Shown in pieces: positions 55,056 to 64,000 of a stretch of DNA of 64,000 nt (positions are counted from its first letter, which is position 1; the number at the start of each line of letters is the position of its first letter). The notes beneath the pieces are model-generated. The model made no database searches, was not told the origin of the DNA, and saw nothing but the letters and a program-made list of their open reading frames with translations. Both the position numbers and the translations under genes were made by a program. The stretch spans positions 16,074-80,073 of the IMG/VR virus record IMGVR_UViG_3300026097_000017; one strand, 5' to 3'. This DNA is from a virus.

Positions 55056-56462
55056 TTACGCAGTTAGTAGTCCTAAATCTTGACCAATTAACTGCCCTGA
55101 AGGCTCCATTAAATCTGTGGCAAGTTGAGTAGGAACACCAAACGCATCAGTCGATCTTGCAGCAACTGTTCCTAAATCACCACCAACCTCTTCATCACCT
55201 GTGTTCGGGTTAATAACTGTATTGGCACTGATTAATGTTATTAAGTCAGATATTTTTCTATAAGTATTTTCTAAGTAGTTATTCGCAACAAGAGTATCGG
55301 TATCAGTAGAAATCAAGTCAGCATTATTAATTACAATTTTAGCTCTTGATGCATTAGTGGTGGATTCCCTCGCAGTAATTTCAGCAACACCAATCGTTAC
55401 TGTATTTGAGGAAACGTATAAATCTTTGTATCTTTTATCTGGCGTACCAAGACTATAAACATTGTTAGCATCGGGGATGATGCTTTTAGTGGTAATAGAT
55501 GTCGAGAAAACATTTTGTACTAATTGTGGATCATCATCAGCTTTCGGATACACTTTGAACTGGAACATTTCAGCGGAAGCATTCCAGACTGGAACATAGT
55601 TATTTTCCAGTGTTAGTGTATCTACATCATCCAAGTTCCGCATTCTAACTTCACCACCACCAGCTGTACCAGCCATGGTGAAGCGATTGCCTCCGACGGT
55701 GCTAGATACTTTAGCAGCAACGTCATTCTTTAATTTTGTGACATCATTAAAAACTTTAGATTGTAATTTTTCGAACCGATCTTCTAATGGTTTGAGATCT
55801 GGTGTTAGTCCTGGATCACCTTTTTCGCCTTGTGGTCCACGCTCACCTTGCTCTCCTTTTTGTCCTCTAGGTCCAGCTGGTCCAGCTTCACCACGAATCC
55901 CCTGCTCGCCCTTCGGTCCAGCCTCGCCTTTCTCTCCACGTGGACCCTGTATTCCCACGGCTCCATCCAGACCGCTAGGACCTCGTTCCCCTTGAATGCC
56001 TTGATCACCTTTGTCCCCTTTATCGCCCTTGTCGCCTTTCTCGCCTTGTTCGCCAGTATCGCCTTTTGGACCTTGTGGACCGATCTCTCCTTGATCTCCT
56101 TTATCCCCTTTTAGTCCTCTTGGACCTTGCTCTCCAGGATCACCTTGATCTCCTTTTTCACCCTTCTCACCAGTGTCGCCTTGTACACCTTGAACACCCT
56201 GTAGACCTTGGATGCCCTGATCACCTTTATCACCTTTATCGCCTGTGTCACCTTTTGGACCCTGTGGACCCATGTCTCCTTGTGGTCCAGGAACAGGCTC
56301 TTCGGTTAAAACTGTTGGGGGTGCGTATGAGTTGTCAAGTTCTTCAACCTGACTTTGTAAGGATTGTAATTGTTCAGTGAGCTTAGAAATCTCTTGCTTA
56401 GTATATTGTATACTGGCAGCAAGAGCTTTCGCAAGTTCTAGCTGATCATTCCTTTGACTCAT
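55056..56462 (-). CDS. collagen-like fibre protein
   Basis: N-terminal coiled coil, ~54 uninterrupted Gly-X-Y triplets, 'GGGEVRMRNLDDVD', 'YSLGTPDKRYKDLYVS'. Confidence 0.85.
   Translation of the reverse strand: MSQRNDQLELAKALAASIQYTKQEISKLTEQLQSLQSQVEELDNSYAPPTVLTEEPVPGPQGDMGPQGPKGDTGDKGDKGDQGIQGLQGVQGVQGDTGEKGEKGDQGDPGEQGPRGLKGDKGDQGEIGPQGPKGDTGEQGEKGDKGDKGDKGDQGIQGERGPSGLDGAVGIQGPRGEKGEAGPKGEQGIRGEAGPAGPRGQKGEQGERGPQGEKGDPGLTPDLKPLEDRFEKLQSKVFNDVTKLKNDVAAKVSSTVGGNRFTMAGTAGGGEVRMRNLDDVDTLTLENNYVPVWNASAEMFQFKVYPKADDDPQLVQNVFSTSITTKSIIPDANNVYSLGTPDKRYKDLYVSSNTVTIGVAEITARESTTNASRAKIVINNADLISTDTDTLVANNYLENTYRKISDLITLISANTVINPNTGDEEVGGDLGTVAARSTDAFGVPTQLATDLMEPSGQLIGQDLGLLTA
55803..56288 (-). 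repeat. collagen Gly-X-Y coding repeat (9-bp periodicity)
   Basis: GPQ/GDK/GEK/GDQ triplets. Confidence 0.9.
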
Positions 56463-58083
56463 TGATTTGTTCCTTGTCACTGTTCAAATCATTAAAAAAC
56501 TTAGTCATGGAACGAGTCAATTCTTTTTGATCCTCATCACTTTCACCAAACATTTGAGGAGAATTATTAGATATTTCTGGTTCTTCTACTTCTTCTTCCG
56601 CAGGTGGTGGTTCATCACCCTGAGCCATCTGCTTATCCATTAACTGCATTTCTTCTTCAGATTGTTGAAGAACCTGTTTACGCACATATTCAATAGAGAA
56701 ATACTTACCAACATAGTCATCAATATCACGCAATAATGATAACCGTTCTCTAATAAGTTCAGCATCTTTCAACTCAGTGAAATGCGAATCTCTATTGTAA
56801 TCATAGTTTATCTTTTCTTTAATCTCACTCCATTCAGCCTTGGTGATAACACCTTTCAAGACCAATTGAGTTTCTAAAATTCTATCAAAAAGATATGCGA
56901 AACGTGAACGTAATCTTGTAATGAATTTAGCAAACTTCAATTCATCACGTGTAATTTCTGATGCTCTGCCCATCCCGAATGCTTGATCTTGTTCAAGTCT
57001 AGTTGATGGTACATTAAGAGCTTTGTATAGTTTTCTTTGGAAATATTCTACGTCAGCCAACTCACCCAAATTTTGCCCTGCGGGTAGAGTAGTGATCTCA
57101 GTTCCTCTGCCGCCTTCACGACGAGGCAACCAATAATCCTCTAGCATAGTCTGATAACGTCTGTCATCGCGAATCTCGCCAGTCTGAGCATCATATACTA
57201 GTTTATTCTTATACTTCACCATGATGTCACGCAGATATTGCTCTGCTTTCATCTTAGGCAAGTTACCTACATCAATGTAGAAGATGCGACGCTCTGGTGC
57301 TCGAGAAATACGATAAATGACTGTAGCATCTTCCAGCATACGCAACTGATTCAATGGCTTCATAGCTTTATGTAAATGCGAAATAGTCATTTTGTTATCT
57401 TTGTCAGTAAGTCCTGACGTCACATAAGCTATTGAATCTGGTGAAATTTTAACACCTGTAGAATTAGTAGCACCACCATATTGAGAATTACTTTTGTTCA
57501 TATACAAGAAGTAATCTACGCTTTTGTGTGTGCCAACACCAATTCCTGTTGGGTCTTTTTCTCTAACCTTTTCTCTAACTTTTTTGATTTTTCTTGGATC
57601 AATAAAGCGTAATTCTTGAATGCCTCGACGAGGATTTTTTTCATCGATCATCATGTGGTAGTAAACTCTGCCATCAACATACCACTGTCGGAATGCCTCA
57701 TATCCCTGATTATTGAAATCAAGCATAGAAAGAACATTGTCGAACTCATCTCTGATTTTATCTTTAATAGTTTTGGGGAGCTTGGTGTTTTCCAGATTGA
57801 TTTTTACTGGACCACCGTTCTCATCATAAACGATTGCTTCGTTGACAATATCATCGATGGCTGACTCACATTCAGCAGTAGTAGCCATGTCGCGATATTT
57901 ATTAATGAGATCAGACTCATTTCTAGCCTGCCCCTCAATATCCATATAGGTGCCATAAACACCTGCAGATTGGATGGTTACCGCACCATCTTCATCGGGT
58001 GGAGGCGCAAATGAACGTACAGTATCACTCTGCGCTTCCTCTTCGTCACGGGAAATTTTAAAACCGAAAAGTTGGATTGCCAT
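56446..58083 (-). CDS. 20: portal vertex protein (gp20)
   Basis: 'WYVDGR', 'IYRISRAPERRIFYIDVGNLPK', 'EDYWLPRREGGRGTEITTL'. Confidence 0.97.
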   Translation of the reverse strand: MAIQLFGFKISRDEEEAQSDTVRSFAPPPDEDGAVTIQSAGVYGTYMDIEGQARNESDLINKYRDMATTAECESAIDDIVNEAIVYDENGGPVKINLENTKLPKTIKDKIRDEFDNVLSMLDFNNQGYEAFRQWYVDGRVYYHMMIDEKNPRRGIQELRFIDPRKIKKVREKVREKDPTGIGVGTHKSVDYFLYMNKSNSQYGGATNSTGVKISPDSIAYVTSGLTDKDNKMTISHLHKAMKPLNQLRMLEDATVIYRISRAPERRIFYIDVGNLPKMKAEQYLRDIMVKYKNKLVYDAQTGEIRDDRRYQTMLEDYWLPRREGGRGTEITTLPAGQNLGELADVEYFQRKLYKALNVPSTRLEQDQAFGMGRASEITRDELKFAKFITRLRSRFAYLFDRILETQLVLKGVITKAEWSEIKEKINYDYNRDSHFTELKDAELIRERLSLLRDIDDYVGKYFSIEYVRKQVLQQSEEEMQLMDKQMAQGDEPPPAEEEVEEPEISNNSPQMFGESDEDQKELTRSMTKFFNDLNSDKEQINESKE

Positions 58084-58101
58084 TTGTTACCTCAAAATAA
58101 A

Positions 58102-58139
58102 AGAGTGGAGCACCAGTTTAATATTTAGTACTCCACTCT
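58102..58139 (-). terminator. gp19 terminator hairpin containing the gp20 late promoter
   Basis: AGAGTGGAGTA-CTAAATA...GTGCTCCACTCT-TTTATTTT. Confidence 0.7.
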
Positions 58140-58147
58140 CAGTGGTT

Positions 58148-58696
58148 TTAGGTGGTAACGCCAGCGATATCGAACCAATCAAATTGATAAGTTACTGTAA
58201 ACTCTTCAATCGTATCTACTGTTTCCCACGCAAGATCAATTGCTGATACGTTGGTTGGGAATATGTTACGAATATTCACAGCTTGAATGATTCCACCATC
58301 TTTAGAATAATGGCGAACAACTGCATCACTAGTGTATGAAGTTGGATCTGAAGTTGCTCCACCAACACGCTGTGCAGCATTTTGCTGGTGTGAAGCGATT
58401 CTATCCATCCAACGCATATGAGCATCATACACGTTGAAGTCTTCATCGTTAATGACTGTTACTGTCCACTCAGCAAAGGTGCGGTCGCCCGCAACCTTTA
58501 CAGTTCTGCCGAAGTAAGGAACTTCAATAATGCCGATTGTTGACTCAGGTAACTGAGCAGCTTTACAAGAGAAGGTGAACTTATTGACGTTCAACCCAAT
58601 CCCTAAACCTGGATCAGTCACCTGCACTTCAAACAGGCTAGGACGAGCACCACCAAATTGTAGGTTGTCTCTAAAGTTTGCGACTGAAAATGCCAT
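58148..58696 (-). CDS. 19: tail tube protein (gp19)
   Basis: 'GGARPSLFEV', 'GR.VKVAGDRTFAEWTVTVINDEDF', 'IEEFTVT'. Confidence 0.96.
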   Translation of the reverse strand: MAFSVANFRDNLQFGGARPSLFEVQVTDPGLGIGLNVNKFTFSCKAAQLPESTIGIIEVPYFGRTVKVAGDRTFAEWTVTVINDEDFNVYDAHMRWMDRIASHQQNAAQRVGGATSDPTSYTSDAVVRHYSKDGGIIQAVNIRNIFPTNVSAIDLAWETVDTIEEFTVTYQFDWFDIAGVTT

Positions 58697-58709
58697 TTAG
58701 GTTTCTCCC

Positions 58710-60629
58710 TTAAAACTGTCCGACGATTTCGTTAAATTCAACACCAGATCTCACCGCAACGAAATTCAACTGAATGAAGTTGATAGAACGGTTCGGTTTG
58801 ATATAAATGTCGCCGACAAACTGATTACTGTCAATAATCTCAGCAGTATTGTTTGTTTCATCCGCAACTACACGGAAATCTACAATACCTCTACGAGCTT
58901 GTACAGTTCTCAAGTATGGTTCGATCAGATTAACAAACTGCTGTCTAGTAAACTCATCGTTGAACTCGAACAGTGAAGACTCAGCTGCAGCTGCGATTGC
59001 TTCTTCGATGGTAATAAACAGTCTACGAACGTTGATACGATCAAACGCAGAAGCACGTCCCAACAGAGTCTTATCGCCGAACAAGAGAGTTCCTTGATTG
59101 GGGAAAGTTACAATTGGGTTGACACCATTCTTGTAAAGAGTGTCACGTTCTGCTTTCCTAGGATTGAACGACAACTTACGCACATTCTTAATCCGTCCAC
59201 GATCAGTACCTGCTGGAGAGAACCAAGGATCTCTAACTTGATCAGTTCTGGCCATTACACCAGCCAGATCACCTGACATATTAGTGTAGCGATACACATC
59301 GTTATATTTGTCAAAGCGGTTTTTCCAAGCACTACCCATTATAGCGTATGAGCTTGATGGTAATGAGTTTCTATAAGTAACTACACTACTCGCTTCGCTA
59401 CCATTATTATCAACTACATCAGCACGTCTAGGTGAGAGCGTTACAAGAACGTCCTTACGCACTTCAGCAATATTGTTGATCATATGAGTAGCAATTGTTT
59501 GATCGCCTCGTGTTTCAATTAAGAAAGCAATATCCGCTTCATCTTCATTCTTGAAGTAATCAGAAGCTGTCACAACTTCAGAAGCAGTAGTATCAACACC
59601 ATCTGCCCCACCTGCCATTGAGCGAGTATGAGGAGCGAATGTATCAAACGTAGTAGCAGTAGAAAGTTCACTACCCCAGTTTGAAGAATCACCAGGATGA
59701 TCTAACCACCAAACATAACTTGAACGTCTGTTGACTACATCTTTGTAGTAATTTGATGCTCCAGTTTCATCTTTTGCATCAGAACCTTTAGAAACATTTT
59801 CAAATCTTTCTAGTACCTGATCCGCGACACCAGTCCAAAGTCCATCTTCATCAACAACAACTACGTGCAGCTCATCTACTGAAGAACCCTTTGTAGTTGC
59901 GTCAGGTGATGTTCCTGGAGCCCGATCTACTGAATCAAAGTATTCCCAACGTCTTGTTGGTGTACCACTATCAGAACTATTAATCACAATACCGTCTGTA
60001 TGAGCAGTAGCCAACGTCAATGACGTGTTACTGGTAATAGAGGAAACCTTAATTGTTTGTCCACCCAAAACAACCAGATCACCAACTACCAACTCTGATT
60101 CAAATATTGTGTTATTACCTGTCAATGTGGTACTGTTTGCAGTAACTGCAACATTACCAGTTAAGGTTGATTCAAAAGCGTCCGATCCTGAACACAAAGA
60201 AATTTTTAGTGAATTACCAAGCGCACCAGCATACTTGGCTGCAAAGACACCTGAGTTTCCAGATCCATCTTCGTAATTTTCTTCGTAATGAAGTTCATTT
60301 TTTACCAAAAGTCCTGTACCAGCTGTATTAGATCCAGTGGTGGCTTCTGATGTTGCGTTTAAAGCGTCTGATGCATAAGCACGAACTACATATAGCGCAC
60401 TTGCATAAGAAAGGAAATCAGCAGCAGCAAAAAAGTCCTGTGCATTATTAGCATTAGGTTTTTGAAAATTGCTTACTAATTCTTCTTCATTTGTTACAAG
60501 GACACGTTCTTCAACAGGTCCCCAACGAAACTGTCCAGCCAATCCTGCAGCGGAAGTTGCCACAGCTGGGACGATGGTGGTCAGATCAATTTCGCTAACA
60601 TTTACTCCTGGACTTACCTGCAGAGCCAT
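58710..60629 (-). CDS. 18: tail sheath protein (gp18)
   Basis: 'SPGVNVSEIDLT', 'WGP', 'PWFSPAG', 'FDRINVRRLF', 'IKPNRSINFI'. Confidence 0.97.
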   Translation of the reverse strand: MALQVSPGVNVSEIDLTTIVPAVATSAAGLAGQFRWGPVEERVLVTNEEELVSNFQKPNANNAQDFFAAADFLSYASALYVVRAYASDALNATSEATTGSNTAGTGLLVKNELHYEENYEDGSGNSGVFAAKYAGALGNSLKISLCSGSDAFESTLTGNVAVTANSTTLTGNNTIFESELVVGDLVVLGGQTIKVSSITSNTSLTLATAHTDGIVINSSDSGTPTRRWEYFDSVDRAPGTSPDATTKGSSVDELHVVVVDEDGLWTGVADQVLERFENVSKGSDAKDETGASNYYKDVVNRRSSYVWWLDHPGDSSNWGSELSTATTFDTFAPHTRSMAGGADGVDTTASEVVTASDYFKNEDEADIAFLIETRGDQTIATHMINNIAEVRKDVLVTLSPRRADVVDNNGSEASSVVTYRNSLPSSSYAIMGSAWKNRFDKYNDVYRYTNMSGDLAGVMARTDQVRDPWFSPAGTDRGRIKNVRKLSFNPRKAERDTLYKNGVNPIVTFPNQGTLLFGDKTLLGRASAFDRINVRRLFITIEEAIAAAAESSLFEFNDEFTRQQFVNLIEPYLRTVQARRGIVDFRVVADETNNTAEIIDSNQFVGDIYIKPNRSINFIQLNFVAVRSGVEFNEIVGQF

Positions 60630-60675
60630 CTTATTCTCCCTAAAGTTATTATTAGCAACTTATTTGTTGTTCAGT

Positions 60676-60683
60676 TATTTATA
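60676..60683 (-). promoter_or_regulatory. T4 late promoter
   Basis: Exact TATAAATA upstream of gp18. Confidence 0.8.
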
Positions 60684-60697
60684 AATTGCCGTATTTT

Positions 60698-62329
60698 TTA
60701 TCCAATAGGGTCGTGATAGGTGAACCACCTAGTTCCTGAAGTATCAACAATTGATTCATCATCATGACCATCATTGATAATTCCGAAGGGGAGCATTTCA
60801 TTTTCGTAATTGTCTTCATGTTCTTGAGCTAATTTTCTACGAACATCCAAATCAGTTAATTCTTTAAAGTATGTTTGCGATGACATCCATGCAAACAAAA
60901 CACAAGTCATTACCAAATCATCATGATGCCCTTGTTCTGCCTCATACGACCCACCACGTTGCGTAAAACTAGAAAGTTCAGCAACAGTATCAAAATCGTT
61001 AATAATCAGTTGATCATTTTCGATCAACGTCTTTAAGTTTGAACAACCAATTTTCTTTACAGATTTCGTTGTTCGAACACCTAATTGGGAGTTCTTTCCG
61101 AAGCCACCCCCTAACTGCTGTCCGCCTCTACCCATGGGTGTGGTTGACATCATGTTTTCGTATTCTAAGTCATTATATAGTGCATCAGCGACTTGCCCAC
61201 CAATATCGTTGATCTCTACTAAAATAAAAGCATCATTATACGCTTTTGCTATCTGGTGAATGACATTAGGAAACACCATCGGATTAATCATATTATTTTT
61301 GTACTTAGCAACTTGCCTGTATGGTATCTGAGAAATATCAAATACAGTGAACGCAGAGTAATCATTCCCAACACCACGAGCAACGTCAACTGTTATAGCA
61401 TAATTATGTCCAGCCGTAGGCTCTTCATAATAGTCGACTTCATTTTTTCTTACCTTTGGATCTCTATACGCAATTGATGAAATTTTCGATGCGTTAATGA
61501 GAGTGTGCGAAGAACCAATAAACTCACATTCAAATTCTTGACGGAACTGTTCTTCAGAGGTATTTTTGATTGTTTCCTCTCTCCACTTGTCATCCCTTCC
61601 TGGAACTTGTGACCAGTGAACGTCAATAGGAACGTATAAGGATCTTCGCTCAACAGCATCAGTCCACATTTTGTAAAAGTGATTCATTCCATTAGGAGTT
61701 GATACGATAATAACTTTTGATGTTTTACCTGAAGTCACCGTAGGATAAACTGAAGCAAAGAAGTCCTCAGCCATGTTTTGTGGTACGAACGCAAACTCAT
61801 CTAAGAAAATGAGGTTGAACGATCCGCCTCGAACAGCTGACGAAGAAGTTGCTGCTGCGAGTATTTTTGAACCATTCTCTAATTCAATGTTACCTTTGTT
61901 CCATACAACAACACCCTGTTGAAGCCACTTGGGTAAATGCTCATAAGCTATCTGGATTTTACCCAACAGTTCTCTTGCTAGTGAACCTTTGTTGGCTAAG
62001 ATGGCAATATTCTGTTGTTCGCTGAAAAGAATGACCCACAGCATATAAGCTGTTACAGTCGTAGACTTACCTGTCTGTCTAGGCAACTTATTAATGACGA
62101 AACGATTGTTCGCGAATGTTTCTACCATATCGCTTTGGTAGTCATACATTCTGAATTTAACCAAACCCTTGTCAATGTTTACAATCTTCACATATTTTTC
62201 AATAAAATAAACAGGATCTTTCATACATTTCATGTATTCCTCGATCTGCTTCTTAGTGAAGTCAACTGCTACATTGGATTTTTTTAGATTGGGGTTGCCA
62301 AGATAATTTTCACTCATCATCATCCTCAT
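60698..62329 (-). CDS. 17: terminase large subunit (gp17)
   Basis: 'YLGNPNLK', 'PRQTGKST', 'LDEFAF', 'STPNG', 'HDDLVM'. Confidence 0.97.
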   Translation of the reverse strand: MRMMMSENYLGNPNLKKSNVAVDFTKKQIEEYMKCMKDPVYFIEKYVKIVNIDKGLVKFRMYDYQSDMVETFANNRFVINKLPRQTGKSTTVTAYMLWVILFSEQQNIAILANKGSLARELLGKIQIAYEHLPKWLQQGVVVWNKGNIELENGSKILAAATSSSAVRGGSFNLIFLDEFAFVPQNMAEDFFASVYPTVTSGKTSKVIIVSTPNGMNHFYKMWTDAVERRSLYVPIDVHWSQVPGRDDKWREETIKNTSEEQFRQEFECEFIGSSHTLINASKISSIAYRDPKVRKNEVDYYEEPTAGHNYAITVDVARGVGNDYSAFTVFDISQIPYRQVAKYKNNMINPMVFPNVIHQIAKAYNDAFILVEINDIGGQVADALYNDLEYENMMSTTPMGRGGQQLGGGFGKNSQLGVRTTKSVKKIGCSNLKTLIENDQLIINDFDTVAELSSFTQRGGSYEAEQGHHDDLVMTCVLFAWMSSQTYFKELTDLDVRRKLAQEHEDNYENEMLPFGIINDGHDDESIVDTSGTRWFTYHDPIG

Positions 62330-62750
62330 CAGTCTTGCCTGAGATCAACCTATGTAAATCTGAAGTTGATCCGACAAATAACGAATTATGTGTTACATTG
62401 GTGTTATGTTCATTTTTAACTTCTTGATTGATGTCTTTATATTTTTTTGACAAATCAAGCAAGTCTTTGTTGGCAGAAGCAATAGTGTTGATTAGTTGAG
62501 CTATGACTTCATATGCTCTTGGTGATTCACCTTCACGTGCAATCATCATAATCCCATCAATGGCTTGCTGACCACGTTCGATTAATTCTCTGAGGTTTTG
62601 TCTAGCGTATTCAAAATCAGCATCAACTGATTGCTCACTATTTACAATTACTTCAGCTTTTTCTAATATTTCTTCCCCTTCCTCAATTACTTCATAAGCA
62701 GAGGCAGGGATATCAAAAACATTATTCAACTTCTCATCAACTGTAGCCAT
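62310..62750 (-). CDS. 16: terminase small subunit (gp16)
   Basis: 'DFEYARQNL', 'SPRAYEV', 'LFVGSTSDL'. Confidence 0.93.
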   Translation of the reverse strand: MATVDEKLNNVFDIPASAYEVIEEGEEILEKAEVIVNSEQSVDADFEYARQNLRELIERGQQAIDGIMMIAREGESPRAYEVIAQLINTIASANKDLLDLSKKYKDINQEVKNEHNTNVTHNSLFVGSTSDLHRLISGKTDEDDDE

Positions 62751-62753
62751 GTT

Positions 62754-63614
62754 TTAAATATTCTCAGTTATACTCGTACTAAATCCAAAATCATCATCTG
62801 CGTCAATTTGACTTATTGGGACGGATAGGGCAGCATTACTTGTAGGAGTACCATCAGATTTTAATGCTGGTCTGGTGAACACATTACCCAATGGTTCAGT
62901 ATTACTTATAACGTTGTTAGAGATACCTGTTGTGACAGTTTGATTGTCAAACTCTAAATTAGGAATATTCAAATTAATTGTTGAAGACTTAATCAGTCCA
63001 GAACGATCTCTAACTGGTGGGAAGATGTATCCTTTAACAGTGAAATCTAACTGCCAAGTCAACGCTCTACGCTCCTCAAAATTGCCGTCATAGACATCTT
63101 CCGATGACACTGAGGTTAATATAGTTGGAACATCCAGATTAAGATCCATTTCAGGAATTAATCTCATTGTACTCATGAACTCAGGAGTAAAGAATGGAAG
63201 GATTTGTTCTAAGATCTGAGTACCATCTTCAGCATTCTTCACCAGAATATAAACTGAGAACTCAATATCATAGGGAACAGGCGAATACATCGCTTTTAAT
63301 GCTTTACTATCAGTCGTGGATAGTTTATAATGATTCTGTAAGGAATTTAAACGTCTTTCTGATGCATAGTTCATTGACGTCATTTCAAAACCAATTCTTG
63401 GTAATGTTACAGCAAACTTCTGATCATTTAAATCTGGGAAAGCGGTGACTCGTGCTAACCATTTCTGTTTTGGTCCATACGCAATCGGTACAGCAATCGT
63501 CTGTACTATGTTTCCTGAACTGTCTGTTCTGGCGACTTCAATATCATTAAACATGTTACCAATCATGATAACATATTTTCTTAGTGTACTGTGATAAAAT
63601 TTATGGCCAAACAT
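62754..63614 (-). CDS. 15: tail sheath stabilizer (gp15)
   Basis: 'FYH...RKYV...G.MFNDI', 'VPIAYGPKQKW', 'LPRIGFE', 'QILEQILPFF.P'. Confidence 0.94.
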   Translation of the reverse strand: MFGHKFYHSTLRKYVIMIGNMFNDIEVARTDSSGNIVQTIAVPIAYGPKQKWLARVTAFPDLNDQKFAVTLPRIGFEMTSMNYASERRLNSLQNHYKLSTTDSKALKAMYSPVPYDIEFSVYILVKNAEDGTQILEQILPFFTPEFMSTMRLIPEMDLNLDVPTILTSVSSEDVYDGNFEERRALTWQLDFTVKGYIFPPVRDRSGLIKSSTINLNIPNLEFDNQTVTTGISNNVISNTEPLGNVFTRPALKSDGTPTSNAALSVPISQIDADDDFGFSTSITENI

Positions 63615-64000
63615 TTAGTATTCCTGTACTTCCGAGAATGGATTTCGCTCAGAGAAATCAATAATTGAAAGTGACTGTTGCCTGTAATAATCGTTTTGAG
63701 CAAGTCCATCAATACTTTCAACATCAACACCAATCTGTACATTATCAGAATCAATACTTGCAGACTCAAATACAATACTGTCGCCATCTTCGCTGAGTAA
63801 TTTATTGCCGTCTTCAAGTAGAACTTCTGATGCACGGAGATCTAAACTTTCATTCAGTGCCATAGTGTCAATAGAAGTGTTGCCTGTAGCAAAACGCTCA
63901 CTAGAGAACTGGAACAATTCACAGCGCAATTCATAAGTATACAATGTACCGTGTGGGTAGAATGTTTCTTCATCTTCAACGAACTTCACTTCAAATACAG
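63615..64000 (-). CDS. 14: neck protein gp14, C-terminal part (truncated by window edge)
   Basis: 'Y.LRCELF..S.E...TG...ID' and 'IDFSERNPF'; upstream of gp15. Confidence 0.88.
   Translation of the reverse strand, partial: VFEVKFVEDEETFYPHGTLYTYELRCELFQFSSERFATGNTSIDTMALNESLDLRASEVLLEDGNKLLSEDGDSIVFESASIDSDNVQIGVDVESIDGLAQNDYYRQQSLSIIDFSERNPFSEVQEY

Noticed and set aside
55803-56288. Periodic repeats as a possible CRISPR or VNTR array
   Set aside because: 9-bp periodicity is explained by collagen Gly-X-Y codons; no repeat-spacer structure seen anywhere in the window
12413-62329. Introns, inteins or homing endonucleases in nrdA, gp41, gp43 and gp17
   Set aside because: ORFs are uninterrupted and of normal length; no intein or HNH/GIY-YIG motifs noticed
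1118-63448. All plus-strand ORFs and short nested minus-strand ORFs in the track
   Set aside because: They are shadows of well-supported minus-strand genes, with no recognisable motifs or RBS
1-64000. Stop-codon reassignment or prophage features
   Set aside because: Core genes are full length in the standard code using all three stops; no suppressor tRNA, integrase, repressor or host flank seen

Overview
This is a 64-kb segment of a large lytic T4-like myovirus, most likely aquatic or marine and infecting a heterotrophic Gram-negative host (spanins present, no photosynthesis genes seen). Essentially every gene is on the minus strand. Read in transcription order (64000->1) it contains: (1) a structural block, gp14-15-16-17-18-19-20, then collagen/fibre and prohead-core ORFs, then gp21-22-23-gp3; (2) a replication/recombination block, uvsY, uvsW, gp55, gp47/46, peptide deformylase, gp45/44/62, regA, hsp20, M15 peptidase, rubrerythrin, gp43, a TET/JBP-like dioxygenase with a glycosyltransferase, uvsX and gp41; (3) a ~13-kb late block of probable capsid-internal cargo proteins plus lysis genes; (4) primase, RNR with a Grx-NrdB fusion, and a RuvC-like resolvase; (5) a 7-kb sugar/sulfate modification cluster; (6) early genes and a tRNA region. 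The most interesting signals are four. First, a TET/JBP dioxygenase and a glycosyltransferase both end in the same C-terminal clamp-binding-like peptide as the DNA polymerase (LEGFF vs LESFF). Second, there is a set of ORFs with T4-IP-like capsid-targeting N-termini, including a ligase-fold protein, next to a 1152-aa nucleotidyltransferase 'polyprotein' punctuated by prohead-protease-like sites. Third, a 158-nt CCA-ending tRNA-like RNA sits in the tRNA cluster. Fourth, CCGG appears to be totally absent. All product calls come from motif recognition and synteny by eye; no database searches were run.
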